NCBI GenBank assembly: GCA_963595445.1
Contig: CAVBHJ010000010.1
Coordinates: 12,295 to 76,294, forward strand
DNA length: 64,000 nucleotides
Origin: a bacterium
GTDB taxonomy: Bacteria > Actinomycetota > Actinomycetes > Actinomycetales > Bifidobacteriaceae
Direction of reading: 5' to 3'
The position numbers and the translations under genes are program-made. Positions 31,641 through 41,192 of the stretch are shown one piece after another. The stretch's first letter is position 1; each line of letters opens with the position of its first letter. The notes below the pieces were generated by a model. The model had not been told where the DNA came from. It did not search any database and saw only the letters and a program-made list of their open reading frames with translations.

Positions 31641-33161
31641 TCAGCCACGTGCCTTGGCATAGGCCTCATATACGGCAGGAGTCGCATCCGCGCTCTCCAC
31701 GCCGTCGATGGTGAGCTCCCATGCCGGCGGTTCAGCCTCTCCGGACAGCACCCAAGCCGCCTGACGTGCCGCACCGATGGCCACATACTCATCGGTGGTC
31801 GGACGGGTCACATCCATGCCGAGCACGCTCGGGGCGAGCGTGCGGATGGCCTCGGACTTGGCGCCGCCGCCAATCAGCAGAATACGGTTGATATCCGCAC
31901 CGAGAGAACGGATAAGCTCAAGGCAGTCACGCTGGGAGCACAGCAGACCTTCCACGAACGCGCGAGCCAGGTTCTCCTTGGTGGTGTTGGCCAACGTCAG
32001 GCCGGAGAAGGTGGCGGTGGCATCCGGACGGTTCGGCGTGCGCTCGCCGTCGAAGTAGGGAACCAGTGTGATGCCGCCGGCGCCCGGCTCGGACGCGAAG
32101 GCCAGCTGGGCGAGCTCGTCGTAGTCCACGCCGAGCGCGGCGCGGCCGGCATCAAGGATGCGGGAACCGTTGATGGTGCAGGCGAGCGGCAGGTAATGAC
32201 CGGTGCAGTCCGCGAATCCGGACACGGCTCCGGTCAGGTCGTAGGTCGGGTTCTCGGAGATGGCCGCGGCCACGCCGGAGGTGCCGAGGGATACGGACAC
32301 GTCTCCGACGGCCATGCCCAGGCCGAGGGATGCCATGGCGTTGTCGCCGCCGCCAGGAGCGATGATGCAGCCACCGTCAACGTTCTTTCCTGCGATTTCG
32401 GGGCTTGCCTTGACGTCGGCTGCGTCGCGCGGTCCGAGCACGGTGGGCAGTACGATCGCGTCGGCGTGGGCCTTGGCTGCGTCCTTGCCTTCGGCGGGTT
32501 CAAGAACCATTGCGATCAGATCGCGGCGGTATTCGTTGGACGCGGCATCGTAGTAGATGGTGCCGGATGCGTCGGAACGGTCGGTGAACAGGGCTTCCAG
32601 ATGCGCGTCCTCGCCTTCGGCGACCGGGCCGTAGCCGGCGATGCGCCAGCTCAGCCAATCATGCGGCAGGCAGACGGCGGCGATCTTCTTCGCGTTTTCC
32701 GGCTCGTTTTCGGCCACCCACGCCACCTTGGTCAGGGTGAAGGATGCGACGGGGGAGGAACCTACGGCCTTGACCCAGCGCTGCTTGCCGCGGGCGATCA
32801 CGTCTTCCGGCTCGCCTTCCTGCGCGGGGGCCTCGCCCATTTTCTCGATGAGTGCCGCGGCCTGCGGTGCGGAACTCACGTCGTTCCACAGCATGGCGTC
32901 GCGAATCACGTTGCCCTGCTTGTCGAGGATCACCATACCGTGCTGCTGTCCGCCGACGGCGATCGCTTCGACATCGTCAAGACCGCCTGCCTGCTGTGCG
33001 GCCTCCTGGAAGGCGTCCCACCAATACTTCGGGTCGATGGAAGTGCCGTCGGGGTGCTTGGCCTGGCCGAATCGCACCATTTCGCCGGTCTGCGCATCGG
33101 TGATGCGTACCTTGCAGGACTGGGTCGAGGTGTCGACGCCGGCCACAAGCTGTTGAGCCAT
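31641..33161 (-). CDS. xylB: xylulokinase
   Basis: 506 aa FGGY kinase. N-terminal VAGVDTSTQSCKV, GGQQHGMV and LIGGGAKS. Confidence 0.92.
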   Translation of the reverse strand: MAQQLVAGVDTSTQSCKVRITDAQTGEMVRFGQAKHPDGTSIDPKYWWDAFQEAAQQAGGLDDVEAIAVGGQQHGMVILDKQGNVIRDAMLWNDVSSAPQAAALIEKMGEAPAQEGEPEDVIARGKQRWVKAVGSSPVASFTLTKVAWVAENEPENAKKIAAVCLPHDWLSWRIAGYGPVAEGEDAHLEALFTDRSDASGTIYYDAASNEYRRDLIAMVLEPAEGKDAAKAHADAIVLPTVLGPRDAADVKASPEIAGKNVDGGCIIAPGGGDNAMASLGLGMAVGDVSVSLGTSGVAAAISENPTYDLTGAVSGFADCTGHYLPLACTINGSRILDAGRAALGVDYDELAQLAFASEPGAGGITLVPYFDGERTPNRPDATATFSGLTLANTTKENLARAFVEGLLCSQRDCLELIRSLGADINRILLIGGGAKSEAIRTLAPSVLGMDVTRPTTDEYVAIGAARQAAWVLSGEAEPPAWELTIDGVESADATPAVYEAYAKARG

Positions 33162-33225
33162 TTGTGCCTCCTTGCGGTGAAACCGTGCGCGACGGGTCGT
33201 GCGGTGACACGCGTGCCGGCTTCGT

Positions 33226-33252
33226 TTAATTAGTTAGATGAACGAACTATAA
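33226..33252. promoter_or_regulatory. AT-rich box TTAATTAGTTAGATGAACGAACTATAAT in the xylB/ROK divergent region (includes a TATAAT -10 candidate)
   Basis: Shares TTAG-N-TAGATGAA with the xylA promoter spacer (16153-16165). TATAAT lies at 33248-33253. Confidence 0.4.
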
Positions 33253-33332
33253 TGTCTAGTGTAGCATCATAAATTGGCTCAACCGGCTGATTCGATGCGA
33301 TTTCGGCAAAGACGCTTTGGAAGGGGATTGGA

Positions 33333-34553
33333 ATGGCTTCATTGCGGAGTATCAACCAAGATGATTTGCGCAACCACAATCTTTCCGTGGTCATCGAAAC
33401 ATTGTTGCATTCCAATGATCCGCTCAGCCGCGCCGACCTGGCCAAGAAGACGGGACTCACCAAGGCCACCATGTCGGTCCTCGTTTCCCTTCTGCTCGAC
33501 AGCGGCGTTCTTGAGGAAGGCTCTCCGTCAGGACAGTCGTTGTATGGCCGCCCCAGCATTCCCCTGATGGTGAAGGGCGGAAGATTCTGCGGCATCGGAC
33601 TGCAAGCCAACACCGATGGCTATGGCATTGCGGTGATCGACATCAACGGTTCCATGGTGGCCGAGGAGTGGATCGACGCCGATATGTCGAATCCGAGTGC
33701 CGAAGAGGTTTTTTCAAAACTTGACGAATTGACGGTCGAACAGCAGAAATCGCTGGAAAACCAAGGATATACCCTTGCGGGAGTAGGTTTGGCGCTGCCC
33801 GGTCTGGTGATGGAGGACCGTTGGCTGTTGGGCGCGCGGAACCTTTCTTGGGAGAAAATGGATCTGAGCCAGTTCGACGTGGTCTCGAGGCTGAATCCGG
33901 TCGTATGCAATGAGGCGAACGCCGCGGCCCTCGCGCAGGTTCCGGGCTACGCCACCCAGCGCAGGAACTACGGGCAGATCGAGCCGACCGACTCGTTCAT
34001 ATACATGTCGACGGATGTCGGCATCGGCGGTGCGGTGATTCGCGACGGTCGTGTGGTTCCCGGAGATCATGGCTTCGGCGGCGAGTTGGGACATGTCTCC
34101 GTGGATATGCGCGGGCCGGTCTGCCGTTGCGGCCGTAGGGGATGCCTAGAAGTGTATGCGGGTCGCCGGTCCATGGTCAGCGCTGCGGGAATCGCCAGCA
34201 GCGATGCGGCAGCGACACGAAGCGCCATAGCCGAGTTGGTGGAACGTTGGAGGCAGCGCGACGCCAAAACCGTCGCCGTGGTGGAGAAGGCGCTGGAGGC
34301 CATAGCCTCGGTCATCACGTCCACCATCAATGTGTGCGACGTCGACACGGTGGTGATGGGTGGCCTGTGGGCCCACTTCGAACCCGACCTGATCCGCCGG
34401 ATTGAACGCATGGTCCGCCCCCAGACCCTGGCCTACCCGGAAGTGCAGGCGCGTGTTCTCATGGCTGATGTCGTGGAACGCCCGGCGTTGGTCGGCGCGG
34501 CAGAAATAGGATTGCGCTCCTTCATCTCGAACCCGCTGCATTTCCTCGGATAG
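33333..34553 (+). CDS. ROK family transcriptional repressor (XylR/NagC-like)
   Basis: N-terminal wHTH (NLSVVIETLLHSNDPLSRADLAKKTGLTKATMSVLV), an ROK sugar-kinase-like body and the zinc motif CRCGRRGCLE. Confidence 0.88.
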   Translation: MASLRSINQDDLRNHNLSVVIETLLHSNDPLSRADLAKKTGLTKATMSVLVSLLLDSGVLEEGSPSGQSLYGRPSIPLMVKGGRFCGIGLQANTDGYGIAVIDINGSMVAEEWIDADMSNPSAEEVFSKLDELTVEQQKSLENQGYTLAGVGLALPGLVMEDRWLLGARNLSWEKMDLSQFDVVSRLNPVVCNEANAAALAQVPGYATQRRNYGQIEPTDSFIYMSTDVGIGGAVIRDGRVVPGDHGFGGELGHVSVDMRGPVCRCGRRGCLEVYAGRRSMVSAAGIASSDAAATRSAIAELVERWRQRDAKTVAVVEKALEAIASVITSTINVCDVDTVVMGGLWAHFEPDLIRRIERMVRPQTLAYPEVQARVLMADVVERPALVGAAEIGLRSFISNPLHFLG

Positions 34554-34606
34554 TCCAGCCCTTTGCTAGACTAGCAAAGTTGGCACCGTGAAGCGGTGCG
34601 CAATGT

Positions 34607-34680
34607 GGGACGCTAGCTCAGTCGGTTAGAGCATCGGACTCATAATCCGCCGGTCCAGGGTTCAAGCCCCTGGCGTCCCA
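34607..34680 (+). tRNA. tRNA with CAT anticodon (elongator tRNA-Met, or tRNA-Ile2 if lysidinylated)
   Basis: Hand-folded cloverleaf. 7-bp acceptor stem GGGACGC/GCGTCCC, D-loop AGTCGGTTA, anticodon loop CTCATAA, T-arm CAGGGTTCAAGCCCCTG. CCA is not encoded (ACCG follows). Confidence 0.88.
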
Positions 34681-34687
34681 CCGGAAA

Positions 34688-34727
34688 ACCCTTGGAATCG
34701 TGCGGTTCCAAGGGTCTCTTTGTTTTT
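34688..34727 (+). terminator. rho-independent terminator after the tRNA
   Basis: 10-bp stem ACCCTTGGAA/TTCCAAGGGT with an 8-nt loop, then CTCTTTGTTTTT. Confidence 0.75.
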
Positions 34728-34846
34728 CGGACGTCATCTCGCGGGTGATCATCCATACCCTTTGCTACCATCTGACAGGTTATCCGGTTCACGCTTTGCC
34801 ATCGGGGCATTGCGACCCGGGTCCCCCGAATCTCTAGGAGACAACT

Positions 34847-35059
34847 ATGCAGCAGGGTATTCATCCTGATTATCACGCAGTGCAGGTTACCTGCTCTTGC
34901 GGCAACACCTTCGTCACCCGTTCCACCGTCAAGGGCGATCACCTGACCGCCGACGTGTGCTCCAGCTGCCACCCGTTCTACACCGGCAAGCAGAAGATTC
35001 TCGACACCGGCGGCCGCGTGGCTCGCTTCGAGAAGCGTTACGGCAAGAAGGCCAAGTGA
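34847..35059 (+). CDS. rpmE: 50S ribosomal protein L31 (Zn-ribbon type, CxxC...CxxC)
   Basis: [10 protein letters not shown]...CSCGN...[21 protein letters not shown] upstream. Confidence 0.97.
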   Translation: MQQGIHPDYHAVQVTCSCGNTFVTRSTVKGDHLTADVCSSCHPFYTGKQKILDTGGRVARFEKRYGKKAK

Positions 35060-35084
35060 GTCTTATTGCCTTGAGGCAATGAAG

Positions 35085-35120
35085 GAACGCCAGTCCGCTA
35101 CGGGCTGGCGTTCTTCGTTT
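35085..35120 (+). terminator. rho-independent terminator after rpmE
   Basis: 13-bp stem GAACGCCAGTCCG/CGGGCTGGCGTTC (one T-G pair) with a 3-nt loop, then TTCGTTT. Confidence 0.7.
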
Positions 35121-35212
35121 CCGGGCCACCTTATATGATGTACAAGTTGAGCAGATTCCGACGATGTGTTTTCCGTCGGAACGCAGATTCAAACAGATAG
35201 AAAAGGCGTACA

Positions 35213-36301
35213 TTGGCAGACGAACAGTTTCCCGCGGCGGCTACCGCGCTAGAGGAATACCGCAATATCGAACAGCAGATGGCTGAGCCGGAAATCGCGT
35301 CCGACCCCGACAAAATGCGCAAGATGGGCCGTCGTCATGCGGAACTCGGCGTCATCGTCTCCGCCTACACCGCATATCTGCAGGTGAAGGACGATTTGGA
35401 AGCGGCCAAGGAGATGGCCGCAGAGGATCCCGACTTCGCGGAAGAGGCCAAGCGATTGGAAGACGAGCTTCCTGCGGTTGAGGAGAAGCTCCGCACAGCG
35501 CTGATTCCGCGCGATCCGGACGATGCGCGAGACACGATCATGGAGATCAAGGCCGGTACCGGCGGCGAAGAGGCCGCGCTGTTCGCCGGCGACCTGCTGC
35601 GTATGTACATGCGTTATGCGGAAAAGCGCGGTTGGTCCGTTACCCTGCAGAGTGAGAACACCACCGAATTGGGCGGTGTCAAGGACGTGCAGCTTGCAAT
35701 CCGCGCCAAGGGAACCCCGTCTCCGGAAGAGGGCGTGTGGGCATCCCTCAAGTATGAGGGCGGCGTGCACCGTGTGCAGCGTATTCCCGTGACCGAATCG
35801 CAGGGGCGTATCCAGACGTCCGCGGCCGGCGTGATCGTGTTCCCGGAAGCGGATGAGGACGACGATGAGATCGAAATCGATCAGAAGGACCTGAAGATCG
35901 ACATCTTCATGAGCTCCGGCCCCGGTGGACAGTCCGTGAACACCACGTATTCCGCGGTTCGAATGACCCATATCCCCACCGGCATCGTGGTGAGCATGCA
36001 GGATGAGAAAAGCCAGATTCAGAATCGTGCGGCCGCCTTGCGTGTGCTCAAGAGCCGTCTGCTGGCCATGAAGCATGAGGAGGAGGCCGCGCAGGCCGCC
36101 GACATGCGCCACTCTCAGGTGCGTTCGCTGGATCGTTCCGAACGCATCCGCACCTACAATTTCCCGGAAAACCGTATTGTCGACCACCGTACGAACTATA
36201 AGGCGTACAACCTTGACGCCGTGCTCGACGGCGACCTGCAGGCCGTGATCGACAGCGACATTCAGGCGGATGAGGCGGATCGTCTGGCCAACCAGAAGTA
36301 A
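35213..36301 (+). CDS. prfA: peptide chain release factor 1
   Basis: GGQ motif ([11 protein letters not shown]) and the RF1 PxT-region context. 362 aa. Apparent TTG start at 35213. Confidence 0.95.
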   Translation: MADEQFPAAATALEEYRNIEQQMAEPEIASDPDKMRKMGRRHAELGVIVSAYTAYLQVKDDLEAAKEMAAEDPDFAEEAKRLEDELPAVEEKLRTALIPRDPDDARDTIMEIKAGTGGEEAALFAGDLLRMYMRYAEKRGWSVTLQSENTTELGGVKDVQLAIRAKGTPSPEEGVWASLKYEGGVHRVQRIPVTESQGRIQTSAAGVIVFPEADEDDDEIEIDQKDLKIDIFMSSGPGGQSVNTTYSAVRMTHIPTGIVVSMQDEKSQIQNRAAALRVLKSRLLAMKHEEEAAQAADMRHSQVRSLDRSERIRTYNFPENRIVDHRTNYKAYNLDAVLDGDLQAVIDSDIQADEADRLANQK

Positions 36302-36310
36302 GGCGGCCCT

Positions 36311-37264
36311 GTGGCGACCGTATTCGAAATAGTGCGTTCCGCCGCGGCCATGCTGCGCGCGGCGGGCGTCGATACTCCGGAACATGATGCCAAACTGCTG
36401 TGCGCCGAAGCGTTCGGTACGCAGCTTCAAGACGTGGACAAAGCCATGCTGATGGGCGATGAAGCCGAAAAACTCGTCGCAACGAGTGCGGGGAGGCTTT
36501 CGGGAGAATCGCAGGAAACGCGATCACAAACTGTGGAAAACGCGATTTCCATCTTCCACGACATGGTGGGGCGCCGGGTGAAACGCGAACCGCTGCAACA
36601 TATCACCGGACATGCGCCCTTCCGCTACCTTGACCTGAAAGTCGGGCCGGGAGTGTTCATTCCACGGCAGGAAACCGAGCTGATCGTCCAGGAAGGCATC
36701 GACTGGGCTGTCAGAAACGGCATGTATTCCGCACGCGTGGTCGATCTGTGCGCGGGAAGCGGCGCGATCGGACTGGCATTCGCCACCGAAATGCCCGGAA
36801 GCGAGGTCTGGGCCGTCGAGAAAAGCGAGCAGACCGCGCAATGGACGCGCCGCAATCTCAACGAGACCGCGAGAACATACCCCAGCATCGCCAGCAACTA
36901 TCATCTGGAAATAGCCGACGCGACGCTCAACCCGACTCTGAACCAGCTGGACGGAACAATCGACATCGTGCTCACGAATCCGCCGTATGTGCCGTTGGCG
37001 GACGTGCCACAGCAGCCGGAAGTGCGCGATTACGACCCTCAAATGGCGTTGTACGGCGGTTCCGCGGACGGAACGCTCATCCCGGAACTCATCATCGACC
37101 GTGCCGCGGGGCTGCTCAGGCAAGACGGCCTGCTCGTCATGGAACATGACATCACGCAGGGCGACCGTCTCGCAGCCTACGCCGACGCGCACGGCTTCAC
37201 TGGCGCTTGCATCCGAAACGACTATACGAACCGGCCACGGTATCTCGTGGCGGAAAAAGCGTGA
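36311..37264 (+). CDS. prmC: release-factor glutamine N5-methyltransferase
   Basis: NPPY motif (LTNPPYVP) and SAM-binding VVDLCAGSGAIG. Its position after prfA is conserved. Confidence 0.9.
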   Translation: MATVFEIVRSAAAMLRAAGVDTPEHDAKLLCAEAFGTQLQDVDKAMLMGDEAEKLVATSAGRLSGESQETRSQTVENAISIFHDMVGRRVKREPLQHITGHAPFRYLDLKVGPGVFIPRQETELIVQEGIDWAVRNGMYSARVVDLCAGSGAIGLAFATEMPGSEVWAVEKSEQTAQWTRRNLNETARTYPSIASNYHLEIADATLNPTLNQLDGTIDIVLTNPPYVPLADVPQQPEVRDYDPQMALYGGSADGTLIPELIIDRAAGLLRQDGLLVMEHDITQGDRLAAYADAHGFTGACIRNDYTNRPRYLVAEKA

Positions 37265-37358
37265 TATTTCAATCATCGTAAGGAATCGGTCATGTTGCCG
37301 CCACCATCATGCCGTGCATTACAATGATGGGGGGCAATACGGCCAAACGGGAGGTATC

Positions 37359-38021
37359 ATGAGCGAAATCTGCTCCATTACCGATGAATCCCTCGCAAAG
37401 GCGGCGCAGGTCGTGCGTGACGGGGGATTGATCGTGCTCCCCACGGACACGGTGTACGGCGTGGCCTGCGATCCGCGCAACGTCGAGGCCATCCGCAAAA
37501 TCTTCGCGGCGAAGCATCGGCCGAAATTCAAATCGTTGCAAGTGCTGCTGCCGACGGTCGAAAGCATGGAAAAACTGCATCTCTACCTTCCCGTGCCGTT
37601 GAACAGGCTGGCCGCCATGTTCATGCCGGGCCCGTTCTCGCCGATCGCCCAGGCGGAAGGGAACTGTTCTTTGGCCACCGCCCGCAAGGACCCGACCACC
37701 GGCATGATCACCCAGGGGATTCGTATTCCGAATTCCGCGGCCGCCCTGCGTGTGTTGCGCGCCACCGGTCCTTTGGCCGCGACCAGCGCGAACCGATCCG
37801 GGGAGGAAAGCGCCCAGACCGTGCAGGAAGCGGTTGCGGCGTTGGGTGATTCGGTGGATCTGTATCTTGACGGGGGAGCGACTCCGGGGCATGTGGCGTC
37901 CACGGTGGTTGCCGCGGACCATCATGAACGTGACGGCATTACGGTGCTTCGAGAGGGAGTGATTCGCTCGACCACGATTCGAGAGGCCCTGACTGTGAAT
38001 GGCGGTGCTTTAGGCATATGA
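37359..38021 (+). CDS. tsaC: L-threonylcarbamoyladenylate synthase (TsaC/YwlC/Sua5 family)
   Basis: LPTDTVYGVACDP and ATSANRSGE motifs. ATG 37359 follows GGGAGG. The ORF-track start 36987 overlaps prmC. Confidence 0.88.
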   Translation: MSEICSITDESLAKAAQVVRDGGLIVLPTDTVYGVACDPRNVEAIRKIFAAKHRPKFKSLQVLLPTVESMEKLHLYLPVPLNRLAAMFMPGPFSPIAQAEGNCSLATARKDPTTGMITQGIRIPNSAAALRVLRATGPLAATSANRSGEESAQTVQEAVAALGDSVDLYLDGGATPGHVASTVVAADHHERDGITVLREGVIRSTTIREALTVNGGALGI

Positions 38022-39139
38022 GAATCTATCTGTTCATTGCGGCGATCGCAGGCGGAGTCACGTATCTGATCACGCCTCTGATTCGGCATGTGGCCATCGA
38101 AATCGGTGCGGTCGGCGAGGTCAGGGCACGAGACGTGCACACCATCCCGACGCCGCGACTGGGCGGTCTGGGTATGCTCATCGGCTTTACGGTATCCATG
38201 CTGTTCGCATCACGCATTCCGTTCATCGAAGGGCTGTTCCGGGAATCGCAACAGGCGTGGGTGATCCTGGCCGGTGCCATCATGATCAGTCTGCTGGGCA
38301 TGGCCGACGATCTGTGGGACCTCGACTGGATGCTCAAACTCGCCGGACAGCTGCTGATATCCGTATTCGTGGCATGGGGTGGCCTGCAGATCATCTCACT
38401 GCCGCTCGGCTCTCTGGTCACCGCATCCCCAAGCCTTTCCATGGCCATCACGGCGTTTCTAATCGTAGCGTCCATCAACGCCGTCAACTTCGTGGACGGA
38501 TTGGATGGATTGTCTTCCGGAATCGTGGCGATCGGCGGCATCGCGTTCGCCATCTACTCGTACATCATCGCACGCAGCTCGCCGTCGTACGCTTCCATGG
38601 CAACCCTGATCGACATCGCGATGGTCGGCATGTGCGTAGGATTCCTCATGCACAACTGGCATCCGGCGAAACTGTTCATGGGCGATTCCGGCTCGATGCT
38701 CCTCGGCTACCTGATCACCTGCGCGTCGATCGTCATGACGGGCCGTCTCGACCCGGCAAGCATCCATGCCAGCATCTATCTACCGGTGTTCATGCCGATT
38801 CTGCTGCCGATCCTCGTGCTGTTCCTGCCGATTCTCGACATGTGCCTTGCGATCGTTCGCCGCCTGAGAAAAGGGCAGTCTCCGATGCATCCCGATCGTA
38901 TGCATCTGCACCATCGCATGCTGCGCATCGGCCATTCCGTGCAGGGAGCCGTACTGATCATGTGGGGATGGGCCGCGCTGATCGCGTTTGGCTCGATCAT
39001 GACGCTGTTCTTCAAAGCAAGGTACGTGCTGGTTGGCTTCCTCATCGCGATGCTGTTGCTGACGGTGGCCACCATGTATCCGTATCTGAAAAGGCGCATC
39101 CCCGAGATACGCGAGGAAAACAGGGCGATGCAATCGTAA
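38018..39139 (+). CDS. wecA: undecaprenyl-phosphate GlcNAc-1-phosphate transferase-like (MraY/WecA glycosyltransferase family 4)
   Basis: About 11 TM segments, with NAVNFVDGLDGL and MGDSGS motifs. ATGA overlap with tsaC. Confidence 0.85.
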   Translation: MRIYLFIAAIAGGVTYLITPLIRHVAIEIGAVGEVRARDVHTIPTPRLGGLGMLIGFTVSMLFASRIPFIEGLFRESQQAWVILAGAIMISLLGMADDLWDLDWMLKLAGQLLISVFVAWGGLQIISLPLGSLVTASPSLSMAITAFLIVASINAVNFVDGLDGLSSGIVAIGGIAFAIYSYIIARSSPSYASMATLIDIAMVGMCVGFLMHNWHPAKLFMGDSGSMLLGYLITCASIVMTGRLDPASIHASIYLPVFMPILLPILVLFLPILDMCLAIVRRLRKGQSPMHPDRMHLHHRMLRIGHSVQGAVLIMWGWAALIAFGSIMTLFFKARYVLVGFLIAMLLLTVATMYPYLKRRIPEIREENRAMQS

Positions 39140-39257
39140 TAGGGCTGAGTCGAAACGGAACCCGAACGAAACTCAAACGAAACCGAAACGGAAGCAGGGA
39201 ACGGGGAGAGCGGTGGCCGCAGCGAGACCGGCATTCCGCGGTGTCGTGTCGCGTTAA

Positions 39258-40826
<1,569 letters not shown>

Positions 40827-40841
40827 TTTTTGCGGGCTGCT

Positions 40842-40886
40842 CGGACTGTTTGGGTTGTTCCGATTGTTCGGATGATTCGGATTGTC
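40842..40886 (+). repeat. degenerate 9-bp tandem repeat x5 (CGGAYTGTT-like)
   Basis: cggactgtt tgggttgtt ccgattgtt cggatgatt cggattgtc, immediately after the guaB stop. Confidence 0.6.
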
Positions 40887-40900
40887 TGAGCCGTATTTGA

Positions 40901-40957
40901 CTGAGGCTGGCTGATCTCTGTTGAGGTTGGCCGGCCTCAGTTGTTTGTTTGTTTTTG
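40901..40957 (+). terminator. rho-independent terminator after guaB
   Basis: 11-bp stem CTGAGGCTGGC/GCCGGCCTCAG (one T-G pair) with an 18-nt loop, then TTGTTTGTTTGTTTTTG. Confidence 0.7.
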
Positions 40958-41040
40958 TGCCAGCTGTGGGCTGGATCTTTTGCCGAATTTATCGGCTACT
41001 TCTCCACTTGTCTTGCCGATTCTGATGCCGTTTTGTGCTC

Positions 41041-41170
41041 TTGCGGTGTTTTGGGAATAGCGGGCGCGCCAGAATATCCCCATACGTCCGCAATCGCATC
41101 CAATTGCGTCGGTTTGTGGATAGTGCGCATGACATAGTATTCCCATACGTCCGCAGTTGGGTGCGATTAG
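41041..41170 (+). repeat. hairpin-repeat array A (2 units plus a partial third, 63-bp period)
   Basis: Left arms at 41041 and 41104 (TTGCGGTGTTTTGGGAATAG / TTGCGTCGGTTTGTGGATAG). Right arms at 41074 and 41138 (..TATCCCCATACGTCCGCAA / TATTCCCATACGTCCGCAG). A partial GTGCGATTAGC follows. Confidence 0.85.
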
Positions 41171-41192
41171 CAGGTTTCGCAAGATGCTGGTT

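Noticed and set aside
34559-34767. Integrated mobile element at the tRNA gene
   Set aside because: Only a 10-bp direct repeat is present. There is no integrase, excisionase or foreign gene block. Housekeeping and sugar genes in normal order flank the tRNA on both sides.
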